Shown one piece after another: positions 14,918 to 15,013 of a stretch of 15,013 nucleotides of DNA. The translations under genes and the position numbers were made by a program. Every line of letters begins with the position of its first letter. The stretch's first letter is position 1. Under the pieces are notes generated by a model that had not been told where the DNA came from, made no database searches, and saw nothing but the letters and a program-made list of their open reading frames with translations. The DNA is from Candidatus Hermodarchaeum yapensis (GTDB lineage Archaea; Asgardarchaeota; Hermodarchaeia; Hermodarchaeales; Hermodarchaeaceae), in assembly GCA_016840405.1 (NCBI GenBank), contig JAEOSK010000047.1:1-15013 (forward strand), written 5' to 3'.

Positions 14918-15013
14918 GTGGAACAACTAGATATTCCCCTCATCCGAGCCGCCTTCACCATCCGACAAGGACTAGACGACACACCACCTTGGAAAACCGT
15001 CCCAGAAGCCGTA
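14918..15013 (+). CDS. N-terminus of a truncated CDS, possibly an AlkZ/YcaQ (HTH_42) family protein
   Basis: GTG-initiated frame (M)EQLDIPLIRAAFTIRQGLDDTPPWKTVPEAV, open to the edge, with GGTG just upstream. The 'R.....RQGL......V.EAV' pattern recalls HTH_42 N-termini, but only 32 codons are visible. Confidence 0.45.
   Translation, partial: MEQLDIPLIRAAFTIRQGLDDTPPWKTVPEAV

Noticed and set aside
837-14926. Short alternative-frame or antisense ORFs in the track (e.g. 837-1073, 1518-1802, 3621-3899, 5447-5833, 9273-9539, 10481-10762, 13342-13671, 13999-14247, 14723-14926)
   Set aside because: They overlap well-supported CDSs and show no recognisable motifs, so they are treated as shadow ORFs.
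1-15013. tRNA, rRNA, integrase or transposase
   Set aside because: No cloverleaf, rRNA-like segment, or recombinase/DDE motif was seen on either strand.

Overview
A gene-dense window that looks archaeal. Evidence: TATA/BRE-like promoters, GGAGG/GGTGA Shine-Dalgarno motifs, a probably leaderless padR gene, a DUF354 gene and a sequon-rich permease ectodomain. An Asgard or other sediment lineage is plausible but cannot be established from this sequence. There are about 19 CDSs, two truncated by the window edges, mostly for efflux, detoxification, redox and DNA repair. In order: a three-gene ABC-2 exporter, GNAT acetyltransferase, MBL-fold hydrolase, flavin reductase, small membrane protein, YcaQ-type crosslink glycosylase, iron-sulfur flavoprotein, PadR divergent from a LolD/MacB-FtsX ABC pair, a cysteine-free SufR-like (COG2345) regulator with a 122-aa orphan, DUF354, an SplB-like radical SAM protein, TsaA/TrmO, a SAM methyltransferase and a possible second AlkZ/YcaQ-family gene. 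I found no tRNA, rRNA, CRISPR array or mobile element. Three things stand out: (i) a radical SAM repair-family enzyme with a C-terminal Pol beta/PolX 8-kDa-like domain and a PIP-box-like insertion; (ii) a phased array of TGA-N5-7-TCA palindromes upstream of the Cys-less regulator and its orphan partner; (iii) a structured intergenic region at 2220-2519 holding a C/D-box-like element and a small ORF. All family calls come from recognising motifs by eye, not from database searches.
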